In this document: positions 17,137 through 27,241 of the stretch, piece by piece
Numbering within the stretch: position 1 is the first letter of the stretch
How the letters are laid out: each line of letters starts with the position of its first letter
Origin: Candidatus Woesearchaeota archaeon
Lineage (GTDB): Archaea; Nanobdellota; Nanobdellia; Woesearchaeales; ARS49
Direction: 5' to 3'
Length of the DNA: 64,000 nt
Assembly (NCBI GenBank): GCA_038891615.1
Contig: JAWADY010000002.1
Span: forward strand, 32,001 to 96,000
Notes under the pieces: model-generated
Databases searched by the model: none
Told to the model about the DNA's origin: nothing
What the model saw: the letters and a program-made list of their open reading frames with translations, nothing else
Position numbers and translations under genes: made by a program

Positions 17137-18299
17137 ATTTCTAGGCTTACTATGTTGAGTTCCGTCTGCGGCATGAGCTCAATATAGTTATTACCAACGA
17201 TAACATCATTCGTTATATCTTTGATGTAAGTTTGCTGTTGTTGGTCTATCTGTCTTAGCCTTCCATTGATGTTGAGAACAGCCAGCTTTAGCTTCCTGTC
17301 GTCAACAAATGTTATGTTGAGCCATACCTTTTTTGTTCCAGCCCTTATATCGCTCATATTTGCCTCATTAATAAAGAAATAGTTTATGAAAGACTTTGGC
17401 TTCTTAAGAATATTCTTTATCTTTATCTGCTCAATGATGTAGCTTCCTTTTGTTATTCTGAATATTAGAGTGTTTCTTCCTTCAACAAAGTCCTCTTTTG
17501 CCAATTCAATTTTATTGAGGCTACCGCAATCAGGGATTGAAGAATAAATGCTTTTTTCGTTAACGAAAACATCGAGCACGCCGACAGCTGATTGTTCACA
17601 CAATGGGCTGAAAGTCAGGCTTGAGCTTTTTAAGCTGTTTATCTCTTCAGCACTTAGCACAAATGTATTTGTTGCCTGCTGCCTTGACCATTCAACAAGG
17701 TCTCCGATAACCTTAAGGCCTGTTATTTCATACTCGTTTATCTTCCAGAATGCAAGCCCAGGAGAACTCAGCTCGAACTCAAGCAGGTTCTCTTTCTGCA
17801 ATAACTCGCGCTTCAACTGAATTGGTGGAACGCTTGAGGTAACTGGCCTACCTTCAAAAACAGTTCTTCCATTTAGCTTTATTGTTAGTATTCCTTTCCG
17901 CACACTTGCAGAGAAGCTCAATTGGACATTAAAGGTATCCTCTGGCTTTTCAATTGTGAATGGAATCCGCTCAAAGTCCCTCACAAACCAGCCCCTTCTC
18001 ACAACAAAAGGGTTTGCTTCTCCAAGAACGAGTGCATTTTTGGTTTCTGAAATCTGCAAGTTTGGTATTGCATGTTCTATAGTTCCTTCCTCAACAAAAC
18101 TTAGGAGCCCAGGATATGCCTGAAGGAAGAAGCCCTTTTGGCCAGCCACAGCTTCCGGCACCCTTGTCACATTTTCTGCAAGCAACTCGCGCCTTGTCTC
18201 GGGCGGTAAGAAGACCAAATAAAATATGAGCAACAAAAGGATTAACCCAATAAGGCTTGATGCACCAGTGGCTGCCTGGCCCAAAGACCTCTTTTGCAT
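17124..18299 (-). CDS. Membrane-anchored hypothetical protein with class III-like N-terminus
   Basis: MQKRSLGQ + hydrophobic stretch ending FLPP; beta-rich body. Confidence 0.6.
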   Translation of the reverse strand: MQKRSLGQAATGASSLIGLILLLLIFYLVFLPPETRRELLAENVTRVPEAVAGQKGFFLQAYPGLLSFVEEGTIEHAIPNLQISETKNALVLGEANPFVVRRGWFVRDFERIPFTIEKPEDTFNVQLSFSASVRKGILTIKLNGRTVFEGRPVTSSVPPIQLKRELLQKENLLEFELSSPGLAFWKINEYEITGLKVIGDLVEWSRQQATNTFVLSAEEINSLKSSSLTFSPLCEQSAVGVLDVFVNEKSIYSSIPDCGSLNKIELAKEDFVEGRNTLIFRITKGSYIIEQIKIKNILKKPKSFINYFFINEANMSDIRAGTKKVWLNITFVDDRKLKLAVLNINGRLRQIDQQQQTYIKDITNDVIVGNNYIELMPQTELNIVSLEIWPE

Positions 18300-18354
18300 T
18301 TTCTTTTTAGCAAAGAGAAAGTATATATAAAGGTTTCCCAGCCTATCGAATAAA

Positions 18355-19416
18355 ATGAAAATCCTAAAACAAGATCTTAAACACGGCGAGATTACTGTAA
18401 GGGTTGAAACAGCCGATGATCTTTGGCTTCTTGGCCAGATTGTTTATGTTGGAGATGTTGTTAGAGGAAAGACTGTGCGTAAGATAAAATTTGGTGATAC
18501 AGAGACAAAAGTAGTGTCAGAAAAAAAGGTCGTCTTTTTGGCATTGTCTGCTGAAAAGGTGGAATGGAATCCTGAGACAGGCTTAAGGGTTTCAGGAAGG
18601 GTTCTTGAAGGTCCTCAGGATGTTCCAAAGGGAAGCTGGCACACCTTTGATGTGTCTGAAGGAGATACCTTGACAATAACAAAGCCAAGCTGGCCAAGGT
18701 TTCATCTTGAAAGGTTGCGTGAGGCCGTTGAACTTGAGCCAAAAGTTCTTCTTTGCTTGATGGATAGGGAAGAAGCTCTTTTTGCACTTCTAAAAAAGCG
18801 TGGCTATGAGCTTCTTGGAAGAATAAAGGGAATTGTAGCAAAAAAGGCAGCAGAGGTGAGGGCAAAGGACTTTTATAAAGACATAATTTCTGAACTAAGG
18901 CGATACGATGCGAGATTCAAGCTTAGCAGCATAATTGTTGCAAGCCCGGCCTTTTGGGCAGAAGAACTGCTAAAGGTTCTTGGCGCAGACCCTCTTACTG
19001 ATAAGATTCGTACAACTTCTTGCAGTTCTGTCGATGAAAGCGCCATTGTAGAGGTGGTTGGCAAGCCTGAAATACAGGAGGTGTTAAAGCGACAGAAGTT
19101 TGCACGCGAGCTTAGAATTGTGGAACGCTTTATTGGAGAGCTTTCAAAAGGCGGTAAAGTTTGTTACGGCCTTGATGAAACTTCCGCTGCTATCGAGGCT
19201 GGCGCGGTGGATACCCTTCTTATTACAACTGCAAAAATTGCAGATGCGAAGGCACAAGGAAGCGAGGCATTTGAGCAGCTAGACAAACTGATGAAGCAGG
19301 TCGAAGCAGCAAAAGGTTCTGTTGTTGTAATTTCATCTGAGCATTCTGGTGGACAACGCATTGATGGTCTCGGGGGAATTGCAGCACTTCTTAGATATAA
19401 GCTTCAGGAAGCGTAA
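18355..19416 (+). CDS. pelA: mRNA surveillance protein pelota (Dom34)
   Basis: ETADDLWLL, LRVSG, GSWHTFD, ASPAFW, YGLDE..GAVDTLL, GLGGIAALLRY. Confidence 0.95.
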   Translation: MKILKQDLKHGEITVRVETADDLWLLGQIVYVGDVVRGKTVRKIKFGDTETKVVSEKKVVFLALSAEKVEWNPETGLRVSGRVLEGPQDVPKGSWHTFDVSEGDTLTITKPSWPRFHLERLREAVELEPKVLLCLMDREEALFALLKKRGYELLGRIKGIVAKKAAEVRAKDFYKDIISELRRYDARFKLSSIIVASPAFWAEELLKVLGADPLTDKIRTTSCSSVDESAIVEVVGKPEIQEVLKRQKFARELRIVERFIGELSKGGKVCYGLDETSAAIEAGAVDTLLITTAKIADAKAQGSEAFEQLDKLMKQVEAAKGSVVVISSEHSGGQRIDGLGGIAALLRYKLQEA

Positions 19417-19486
19417 ATGCGCCCAAACTCTATTTTTAAGGATATAAATCTTTAAATATCAAAGTTTATCGCTACTTCTGAGTGCT

Positions 19487-19561
19487 ATCCCCAGTGGTAC
19501 TAACCTGTTGGGACAAAACCGCAACATTTATATTATGACCAACATTTAGTCCCAAAGGGTA
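19487..19561. promoter_or_regulatory. Three copies of RTCCCMANNGGTW around a TATA box; candidate operator
   Basis: ATCCCCAGTGGTA 19487-99, inverted AACCTGTTGGGAC 19502-14, GTCCCAAAGGGTA 19549-61; TTTATA at 19527. Confidence 0.5.
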
Positions 19562-19589
19562 GAAACCAAAAAAAAGGGGGAGGATTTGA

Positions 19590-20399
19590 ATGATTGTAAG
19601 TGAGGAGTTTCTAGCAAAGCTGAGGCGTTTTTTTTCTCTGAACCTTTATGAAGTAAAGATATGGACAGCACTTCTTTCACGTGGTGTTTCAACAGCCGGA
19701 GAGCTTTCTGACATTGCCAATGTTCCTAGGAGCAGAAGTTATGATGTTCTTGAAAGCCTCGAAAAAAAGGGCTTTATCATAATGAAGCTTGGTAAGCCGA
19801 TAAAGTATATTGCTGTTCCTCCATCGGAGGTCATCGAAAGGGTAAAGAAGTATATGTCTCAGGAAGCTGAGCAAAAGTTAAAGCGCCTTGAAGCTCTCAA
19901 GAATTCTGACATTCTTACAGAGCTGAGCATACTTCATAGGCAAGGCATTGATGTGATTGATCCAACAGAACTTTCTGGTTGTGTCAGGGGAAGGCACAAT
20001 CTTTACAGTCATCTTGAAATGGCACTAAAGAATGCAGAGCACTCCGTTACCCTTGTGACAACATCAGAAGGTCTCTTGAGAAAGGTAGAAGGACTCAAGC
20101 CTATTTTTGAAAAACTAAAGAAACGAGGGGTGCGCATAAGGATAGCAGCGCCGCTAGGGAAGGAAAACAAGGGCATACTGAAAGAGATTTCATCCTTTGC
20201 CGAGATCAGACATTTTGACACAAGGTCGCGCTTTTGCATAGTGGATGGCAAAGAGCTAATATTCATGCTTGTCGATGACAAAGAAGTTCATCCAACCTAC
20301 GATGTGGCTATATGGGTGACAACGCCTTTTTTTGCAAGTGCCCTGGAGAACATGTTCGACACCGTCTGGAAGAGTATGAAGGCTCCTTCTTTCAAGTGA
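19590..20399 (+). CDS. TrmB family transcriptional regulator
   Basis: LNLYEVKIWTALL..STAGELS..VPRSRSYDVLESLEKKGF..GKPIKY; C-terminal RFCIVDGKE. Confidence 0.92.
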   Translation: MIVSEEFLAKLRRFFSLNLYEVKIWTALLSRGVSTAGELSDIANVPRSRSYDVLESLEKKGFIIMKLGKPIKYIAVPPSEVIERVKKYMSQEAEQKLKRLEALKNSDILTELSILHRQGIDVIDPTELSGCVRGRHNLYSHLEMALKNAEHSVTLVTTSEGLLRKVEGLKPIFEKLKKRGVRIRIAAPLGKENKGILKEISSFAEIRHFDTRSRFCIVDGKELIFMLVDDKEVHPTYDVAIWVTTPFFASALENMFDTVWKSMKAPSFK

Positions 20400-20424
20400 G
20401 CCTGATAACAGAGGCGGTTTCTCT

Positions 20425-21960
20425 ATGGCAATAGCCCAGAGGGCAAAAAGGATTGCTGCAACGCTAAGTCCGCTCGAAAGGAAGATTCTTCCATTACTAC
20501 CTACACACGCAACCTTGCCAGAACTTGTCAAAGCTTCAGCTCTAACACCACCACAAGTCACAAGAGCACTGCACTGGCTTGTTAGTAAAAAGTTGGTCCA
20601 GCTTGTAGGTCAGCCAGTTGAGTTTATTGAGCTTGACACAAATGGCAAGGCTTATCTTGTCAAGGGCTTGCCTGAACGCAGATTTCTTAACGCGCTGAAG
20701 GAGCGCGAGCTGCCTGTTTCAAAAATCAGCGAGCGTGCTGGTCTGACAAAAGAGGAGGTTCATGTCTGCATAGGCTTGCTAAGGGCTCGCGGCGCAATTC
20801 TGCTGTTGAAGGATAAAGAGTTAAAACTAAAAATAACCGATATTGGAAAGAAAGCCCTTCAACAAAGCTGGCCAGAAGAGAACTTTCTAAAGAAAAACTT
20901 TCCACTCCCTCTTTCAAGCCTGACTGAGGAAGAGAGGTATGTTTATGAGAGCCTTAAGTCGAGGAAAAAAATTCTCAAGGTTTATACCTCAAAACAAAAG
21001 TTTGCAGCTCTTACAGAACTTGGCAAAAAGCTTGTTGAGGAGGGAATTATCGAGGAAAATGTTATTGAGCGGCTGACCCCTGCAATTTTGAAATCCGGCG
21101 AATGGATGGAAAAGAAATTCAGGGAATATGACATCCATGGTCCTGTTCCACGCTTTTTTGGTGCCAGACCGCACCATTACAGAGCATTTCTTGATTCTGT
21201 CCGCATTAAGTTTCTCTCGCTTGGATTTGAAGAAATGACTGGACCAATTGTTGAAAGCGAGTTTTGGAACATGGATGCGTTGTTCATGCCTCAGTTTCAT
21301 TCTGCCAGGGAAATCCATGATGTCTATGTTGTCAAGGAGCCCTCGAGCTGCGAGCTTGACCCAACAATCCTCAAGAGAGTAAAAGCTGCTCATGAATCAG
21401 GCGGTGACACGGGCTCAACTGGCTGGCGATATGCTTTTGACATCGCAAAAAGTCAAAAAGCAATCCTAAGGTCGCAAGGCACTGCCTGCTCTGCACGTAT
21501 GCTTGCTTCAAAAGATTTAAAGATTCCAGGCAAATATTTTGGCATAACCCGTTGCTTTAGAAAGGATGTCATCGATGCTTGGCACAATGTTGATTTTTAC
21601 CAAACAGAAGGAATTGTTATTGAGGAAGGGTTGAACTTTCGTCACCTCATTTGGCTTCTTGAGATGTTTGCGCGCGAATTTGCAGAAGCACGTGAAATAA
21701 AGATTGTACCTGGATACTTTCCATTTACAGAGCCAAGTTGTGAGCTTTTTGCAAAACATCCTCAAATGGGCTGGATAGAGCTGGGGGGTGCAGGAATTCT
21801 TAGGCCAGAGGTTGTAAAGCCTCTGGTTGGAAGGGAGATTTCTGTTCTTGCTTGGGGACTAGGGCTTGACAGAATAGCAATGTTCAAGCTTGGAATAAAC
21901 GACATACGACAGCTTTTCAGCAACAGCCTAGCATTTATCAGAACAGCAAAGGTGATCTGA
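20425..21960 (+). CDS. pheS: Phenylalanyl-tRNA synthetase alpha subunit
   Basis: FWNMDALFMPQFHSARE, CFRKD, FYQTEG, YFPFTEPS, GLGLDR. Confidence 0.97.
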   Translation: MAIAQRAKRIAATLSPLERKILPLLPTHATLPELVKASALTPPQVTRALHWLVSKKLVQLVGQPVEFIELDTNGKAYLVKGLPERRFLNALKERELPVSKISERAGLTKEEVHVCIGLLRARGAILLLKDKELKLKITDIGKKALQQSWPEENFLKKNFPLPLSSLTEEERYVYESLKSRKKILKVYTSKQKFAALTELGKKLVEEGIIEENVIERLTPAILKSGEWMEKKFREYDIHGPVPRFFGARPHHYRAFLDSVRIKFLSLGFEEMTGPIVESEFWNMDALFMPQFHSAREIHDVYVVKEPSSCELDPTILKRVKAAHESGGDTGSTGWRYAFDIAKSQKAILRSQGTACSARMLASKDLKIPGKYFGITRCFRKDVIDAWHNVDFYQTEGIVIEEGLNFRHLIWLLEMFAREFAEAREIKIVPGYFPFTEPSCELFAKHPQMGWIELGGAGILRPEVVKPLVGREISVLAWGLGLDRIAMFKLGINDIRQLFSNSLAFIRTAKVI

Positions 21961-23606
21961 TGCCAACAATAAAATTTTCAATGACAGACCTGTCAGGGCT
22001 TGTTGGTAAAAAGCTTTCAGAAGAAGCCCTTGCCAAGCTTCTCGAGTCTGTCAAAGGCGAACTTGAGGGAATCTCAGGAGATGAGGTTACAGTAAAGCTC
22101 AATGACACAAACCTTCCATACCTTTGGTCTGTCGAAGGACTCGCGAGAGCCTTTAGGGGCTTGCTTGGGCTATCAAAAGGACTTCAAAGACTTAAGGTAA
22201 CAAAAACAAGGCTAAAGCTTATTGTAGAGAGTTCGGTTAAGCATGTCAGGGGACACATTTCTGCGTTTGTCGCAAAGGGAAAAAAAATAGACCAGTACCT
22301 TCTTGGTCAGCTTATTCAGTTTCAAGAAAAGCTATCAGAAGTGTTTGGAAGAAAGAGGCAAAAGCTCGCGATTGGGCTATACCCTTGCAAAAAGATTCTT
22401 TTTCCAATTCGTTACAAAGCCGTTGCACCAAATACGGTAAAATTTGTTCCACTTGGCATGAGGGCAGAGCTTTCACTTTCAGAGATACTTCAAAAGCATT
22501 CAAAAGGTCGAGAGTATGGTTGGATACTTGAAGGCCAGAAAAAAGTGCCAATCCTCGTTGACAGCAAACGCGATGTCCTGTCTTTTCCACCCATAATAAA
22601 TTCAGAGCTTACAGGAAGGCTTGGACCAGGAGATAGTGAGCTATTTTTTGAAGCAACGGGAACAGACGCTGCAACTGTGAGTTGTGCTGCAAACATTTTT
22701 GCTCACGCACTAGCAGATAGAGGATTCTCGATAGAAGCTGTTACAGTGATGTCTGGTGGAAAAACATTCCAAAGCCCTGATGATAAGACAGCAAGAATAA
22801 AATTTGACTCCGCCCTTCTCACATCAATCCTTGGCACAAGTTTTTCAGAAGCAGAGCTTAAGCCTCTTTTTGCTCGCGCGCAGCTTGGCTACTCTTCTGG
22901 AATTGTTGAAGTCCCTTCTTACAGGCAAGATGTGATGCATCCAGTTGACATCGTTGAGGATATTGCAATTGTTTATGGTTATGAAAAGTTCAAGCCCATT
23001 CAGTTAAAGAGCTACACAATCGGTAAGCCTTTGCCAATTTTACACATCATTGACAAGTTCAGAACTTTGGCGCTCGGCGCTGGTTATCAAGAGGTCTTCT
23101 CACCAATCCTTACAAGCAAGGAAGTTCTTTTGGACAAAATGGAGTTAAAGTTAAGTGATGTTATTGAGATATCAAACCCTGCCTCACACACATATTCCAC
23201 AGTCCGAAGCTGGCTCCTTCCATCTCTAATCGAATTTCTTTCTAAAAACAAGAATGTGGAATATCCTCAAAAGGTTTTTGAACAGGGCACTGTTGTGCGT
23301 CTTGTTGGGGGCAAGGCAATTGAGAGCGAAAGCTTTGCCCTTGCATCCTGCCATTCAGAAGCAGACTTCACAGAAATAAAACAAATCCTCGAGTGGATGA
23401 TGAGGCTCACAGGGCTTGTTTACAGGCTCGAGGAATCAAACCATCCTTCTTTCATTCAAGGAAGGCAGGCAAAGCTTTTGGTTAATGGAACAGAGGTTGG
23501 CTTTTTTGGCGAGCTTCATCCTGCTGTTCTCTCAAATTGGGGGCTCGAGCTGCCAGTTGCAGCAGCAGAGCTTTCGCTCACTGCAATAAGAAATCTTTCA
23601 AAGTAG
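21960..23606 (+). CDS. pheT: Phenylalanyl-tRNA synthetase beta subunit
   Basis: MPTI, LWSVEGLAR, SFPPIINS, YRQDVMHPVDIVEDIAI.YGY, GELHP. Confidence 0.96.
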   Translation: MPTIKFSMTDLSGLVGKKLSEEALAKLLESVKGELEGISGDEVTVKLNDTNLPYLWSVEGLARAFRGLLGLSKGLQRLKVTKTRLKLIVESSVKHVRGHISAFVAKGKKIDQYLLGQLIQFQEKLSEVFGRKRQKLAIGLYPCKKILFPIRYKAVAPNTVKFVPLGMRAELSLSEILQKHSKGREYGWILEGQKKVPILVDSKRDVLSFPPIINSELTGRLGPGDSELFFEATGTDAATVSCAANIFAHALADRGFSIEAVTVMSGGKTFQSPDDKTARIKFDSALLTSILGTSFSEAELKPLFARAQLGYSSGIVEVPSYRQDVMHPVDIVEDIAIVYGYEKFKPIQLKSYTIGKPLPILHIIDKFRTLALGAGYQEVFSPILTSKEVLLDKMELKLSDVIEISNPASHTYSTVRSWLLPSLIEFLSKNKNVEYPQKVFEQGTVVRLVGGKAIESESFALASCHSEADFTEIKQILEWMMRLTGLVYRLEESNHPSFIQGRQAKLLVNGTEVGFFGELHPAVLSNWGLELPVAAAELSLTAIRNLSK

Positions 23607-23613
23607 AAGCGGC

Positions 23614-23847
23614 TCAATCAATTGTCATACCTGCTGCCTTAAGTGCAGCAACAACCTCTTCATGACTTGCCCCTTTTTTTATGTCTATTTTTTTATCAAG
23701 TGGCTCCAGATGTGCAATGTTGCATTTCCTTCTTCTTGTAGCACCATCTATCAAAACCATTCGTTCGTTAATCACATCAACTACTGCACATGCTTTGCCA
23801 GCATCCCTTCCAGCAATTTTTACACAAATCCTTCCAATTTCAAACAT
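23614..23847 (-). CDS. rpl14e: 50S ribosomal protein L14e
   Basis: EIGRICVKIAGRDAGK..VVDVI..RRKCNIAHLEP. Confidence 0.95.
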   Translation of the reverse strand: MFEIGRICVKIAGRDAGKACAVVDVINERMVLIDGATRRRKCNIAHLEPLDKKIDIKKGASHEEVVAALKAAGMTID

Positions 23848-24109
23848 TTTGCTTCACTAGCTTAATAATTCTCTGCCTTGAGCAGCTAGGGCAAAGACCT
23901 GGAAAAGGTCTTTGAGGCCTTCTTGAACTTGGTGGTATCTTGTGCATTTCTACAGCTCTTGCTCTTGGAATTGAAAGCAATACAGCCCCACAATCCCCAC
24001 AATGCGCTTTGCCAGGCTTTCTTCTGGCATACCTAAGGACAGTCCTTCCTCCAGGGGTCTTCTTAAAAACCCTTCTAAAAGTCCTTGATTTATACCTTCC
24101 AGATACCAT
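23840..24109 (-). CDS. rpl34e: 50S ribosomal protein L34e
   Basis: KTPGGRTV..RRKPGKAHCGDCG..RPQRPFPGLCPSC; start reassigned to ATG 24109. Confidence 0.93.
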   Translation of the reverse strand: MVSGRYKSRTFRRVFKKTPGGRTVLRYARRKPGKAHCGDCGAVLLSIPRARAVEMHKIPPSSRRPQRPFPGLCPSCSRQRIIKLVKQNV

Positions 24110-24187
24110 TGCATTAAAGGTCAAGAATGCTTTTTTAAATCTTTTGCCGTAAGTTTTAAAAATCCTGAAAGCAAAATTTATACTAAA

Positions 24188-24478
24188 ATGACAGAAGCAC
24201 ACTCTGATATTGGAAAAGTAGCCATTGATGAGCTAGACGAAAAGCTAATCATGCTGCGAGATAAGCATCACGATGGAAGTTGGGAGCTGTTTGAAAAATT
24301 TTTAGAAGCAAATTGTACTTACATGCGTGAGTGGATTGCAAATTATTCACAGAAAAAAGATTGTGAATCAACCTTTGCAACTATCCAAGAGCTTCTAGCG
24401 ACTACAGAAAAATACCTTACTCGCATAAAAGTTCTTAAAACCTATGCACAAAAAAGTAATGGGCGGTACCGAGCATAG
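24188..24478 (+). CDS. Hypothetical protein
   Basis: 96-aa ATG ORF filling the intergenic gap; no recognised motif. Confidence 0.5.
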   Translation: MTEAHSDIGKVAIDELDEKLIMLRDKHHDGSWELFEKFLEANCTYMREWIANYSQKKDCESTFATIQELLATTEKYLTRIKVLKTYAQKSNGRYRA

Positions 24479-24535
24479 CTTCTCCTTGAGAGCTTCTGAA
24501 AAGCTTTGAGCTCTTGGCTAAAAATTTTCTTGAAA

Positions 24536-25699
24536 ATGAAAGTATATCTTGATAATGCCGCAACAACTGTTGTAGCTCCTGAAGTGCTTGCTGCAATGAG
24601 GCAATGGTTCGTGAAGGATTATGGCAATCCAGCAACTCTTTATTCTTTTGGCGCTCGAGCATCAGCAGCTCTCGAAGCTGCTAGGGCAGAAATTGCAAAA
24701 CGCATTGGAGCGCAGCCACATGAGATTGTTTTTACCTCTGGTGGAACGGAGTCAAACAATCTTGCAATAAAAGGAATTGCCTACTCAAAAGGACGCGGCC
24801 ACATAGTAGCATCAGCAATTGAGCACGCCTCTGTGCTTAACTGTTGCCGCGAACTCACAAAGCAGGGGTTTAAGATTAGCTATCTTCCTGTCGACAAGGA
24901 TGGAATAGTAAAGCTCGAAGAGCTTGAGAATGTGTTGACAAAAGAAACAATCCTTGTCACTGTAATGCACGCAAACAACGAAATCGGAAGCATTCAGCCA
25001 ATTGAAGAAATCGGCCGAATTTGCTCAGAAAAGCAAATTCCATTCCACACAGATGCTGTTCAATCTTTTACAAAAGAACCGTTGGATGTTAAAAAAGCAA
25101 ATCTATCACTTGTTAGTCTTTCAGCTCATAAGATTCATGGCCCAAAAGGGGTTGGCGCACTTTTTGTTAAGTCGGGGCTAAAGCTAAAACCGCTTCTCCA
25201 AGGTGGAGAGCAGGAATTCGGCATCCGTCCTGGAACACAAAATGTTGCTGGTGCGGTTGGTTTTAGTACAGCAATCCGCCTTGTAAAGCCTTCGCATATT
25301 TCAAAGATGAGAGCTCTCAGGGATAGGCTGATCAAAAGAGTACTTAGCACTATTCCTGGAAGCAGTCTCAATGGCAGTGCCAAAAAAAGGCTTTGCAACA
25401 ATGCTAATTTCTCTTTTGATTTTATAGAAGGTGAAGCGCTTGTGCTTGAGCTTGATAAAATGGGAGTTTACGCATCAACAGGTAGTGCCTGCACAAGTCA
25501 CATGCCTGAGCCGAGCCATGTCCTTTTAGCCCTTGGCCTTCCAACTCATAAAGTTCATAGCAGCCTAAGGCTCACACTCAGTATGTACACAACAAAAAAA
25601 GAAATCGATTACACCATTGAGCAGTTAGCAAAAGCAGTTCAGACTTTAAGGCAGAGAAGCCCACCACGCCAGCTTGCAAGCACACACACAATGAAATGA
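24536..25699 (+). CDS. iscS: Cysteine desulfurase, IscS/NifS type
   Basis: YLDNAATT, FTSGGTESNN, HTDAVQ, SAHKIHGPKG, STGSACTS. Confidence 0.95.
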   Translation: MKVYLDNAATTVVAPEVLAAMRQWFVKDYGNPATLYSFGARASAALEAARAEIAKRIGAQPHEIVFTSGGTESNNLAIKGIAYSKGRGHIVASAIEHASVLNCCRELTKQGFKISYLPVDKDGIVKLEELENVLTKETILVTVMHANNEIGSIQPIEEIGRICSEKQIPFHTDAVQSFTKEPLDVKKANLSLVSLSAHKIHGPKGVGALFVKSGLKLKPLLQGGEQEFGIRPGTQNVAGAVGFSTAIRLVKPSHISKMRALRDRLIKRVLSTIPGSSLNGSAKKRLCNNANFSFDFIEGEALVLELDKMGVYASTGSACTSHMPEPSHVLLALGLPTHKVHSSLRLTLSMYTTKKEIDYTIEQLAKAVQTLRQRSPPRQLASTHTMK

Positions 25700-26559
25700 T
25701 AATTGTTCGTTACTCAGAAATTGGTTTGAAAGGAAAAAACAGGGCCTTTTTTGAAAAGGCGCTTGCTAAAAACATAGCGCTTGCAGCAAAAAGGGCTGGA
25801 ATCAAGATAGCCTCTATAAGCAGACCATATGGCAGGTTGATGGTTGATTGTGAGCAGTGGAGCTTTCTTAAAACCGTTTTCGGCATTGCTTCCTATAGTC
25901 CTGCATTTGATGGAGGGAGTTCTATCTCAACTGCAATGAAGAAGCTATCAGAAGCTCGAGCACTTGATAAGTTTGTCGGGAAAACCTTCAGGGTTAGCTG
26001 CCAACGTCTTGACAAGACTTTTGCCATGAGCTCTGAGATGATTTGTCGTGAGCTTGGAGCCGCAATCATTGCGCACACAGGTGCAAAGGCAAAAATGACC
26101 GCATACGACATTGAATTGGGTGTTGAGGTAATCAAAGGAAGGCTTTGGCTTTTCACTGAAAGAGTGCAGGGTCTCGGAGGTCTTCCGCTTGGTGTTGAAG
26201 GAAGGGTTGTAGGGCTTTTGAAATCAGAAAAGGATGTTCTTGCAGCTCTTCTTATGATGAAACGGGGTTGCGAAATCATTCCAGTTCTCTTGAAATCAAA
26301 AAAAATTGACACATCGCTTTTAGAGTCTTTTGGAAACACTGTAAAGCCAATAACTCTTACCAAACCCTCTGAGCTTGACAAGCTCATTAACCAAACAGGA
26401 GGAAAAGCAATAGTCACAGGCCAAACGCTTTCCGACTTCAGCAATTTAAGCTCAAAAAGCATTGTTCTAAGGCCTCTTATCACATTCTCAGACAAAGAGA
26501 TTTCAGAAAAGCTTGGCTTTTACACGGAAATTTCAAGAGAAGCTTTACAAGCAAGCTAA
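25696..26559 (+). CDS. ThiI-like THUMP domain protein with degenerate PP-loop
   Basis: IVRYSEIGLKGKNR, VFGIAS, GLGGLPLG..G, MMKRG, VLRPL; SGGxDS replaced by KSEKDV. Confidence 0.8.
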   Translation: MIIVRYSEIGLKGKNRAFFEKALAKNIALAAKRAGIKIASISRPYGRLMVDCEQWSFLKTVFGIASYSPAFDGGSSISTAMKKLSEARALDKFVGKTFRVSCQRLDKTFAMSSEMICRELGAAIIAHTGAKAKMTAYDIELGVEVIKGRLWLFTERVQGLGGLPLGVEGRVVGLLKSEKDVLAALLMMKRGCEIIPVLLKSKKIDTSLLESFGNTVKPITLTKPSELDKLINQTGGKAIVTGQTLSDFSNLSSKSIVLRPLITFSDKEISEKLGFYTEISREALQAS

Positions 26560-26615
26560 CACTTTTCATAGCTTTTTCAGCAAGCTTTATAATTGGATTT
26601 TTAATACCAAAATGC

Positions 26616-27218
26616 ATGGACATTGTTTTTCCAAATAACAATGAAAAAGAGTTTTTAGAAATTGCTGAGTGGTTAGGCACAAATGAACTCCTTCTAGCAT
26701 ACCCACTTAAAAGGCTTGAAGCTGTAACAACTTCAGAAGGCTTTATTAAGCTAATTGAGAGTTCAAAAGTAAAGATTCGAGTAGGAATTATTGCAGAGCC
26801 AAAAGAGGTTCAGCTTGCAAGAAAAGAAGGCATAACTGTCCTTTGCAGGGCATTGGCAAAGCCTGCAGACAGATGGCTTTTTGAGAAAGCAAAGCCGGAT
26901 ATAATCTTTGACCTTGAGCAAAGCCCAGAGCCAGACAGCCTTCACCAAAGAAACTCTGGGCTAAACCACGTACTTGCAGCCATTGCAGCAAAGAACAGAA
27001 TTGCAATAGGCTTTAGTTTTGCATCAATCCTTAATAGCTCAGGCACGAGGAGGGCGCAGCTCCTTGGAAGGATTGCTCAAAACACCGCCCTTTGCAAGAA
27101 GTATGATGTGAAGTGCTTCTTTGCCAGCTTTGCAAGCAGCCCTTGGGAAATGAGAGGTGAGCACGAGTTAAAAGCAATCGGAGAACTTATCGGGTTTTCT
27201 CTAAAACAAAATTTATAA
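26616..27218 (+). CDS. rnp3: Ribonuclease P protein subunit p30-like
   Basis: RNSGLNHVLAAIAAKNRIAIGFSF...N..LCKKY....SFASSPWEMR. Confidence 0.8.
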   Translation: MDIVFPNNNEKEFLEIAEWLGTNELLLAYPLKRLEAVTTSEGFIKLIESSKVKIRVGIIAEPKEVQLARKEGITVLCRALAKPADRWLFEKAKPDIIFDLEQSPEPDSLHQRNSGLNHVLAAIAAKNRIAIGFSFASILNSSGTRRAQLLGRIAQNTALCKKYDVKCFFASFASSPWEMRGEHELKAIGELIGFSLKQNL

Positions 27219-27241
27219 AGCAGAACGCTTTTAGTCACAAA

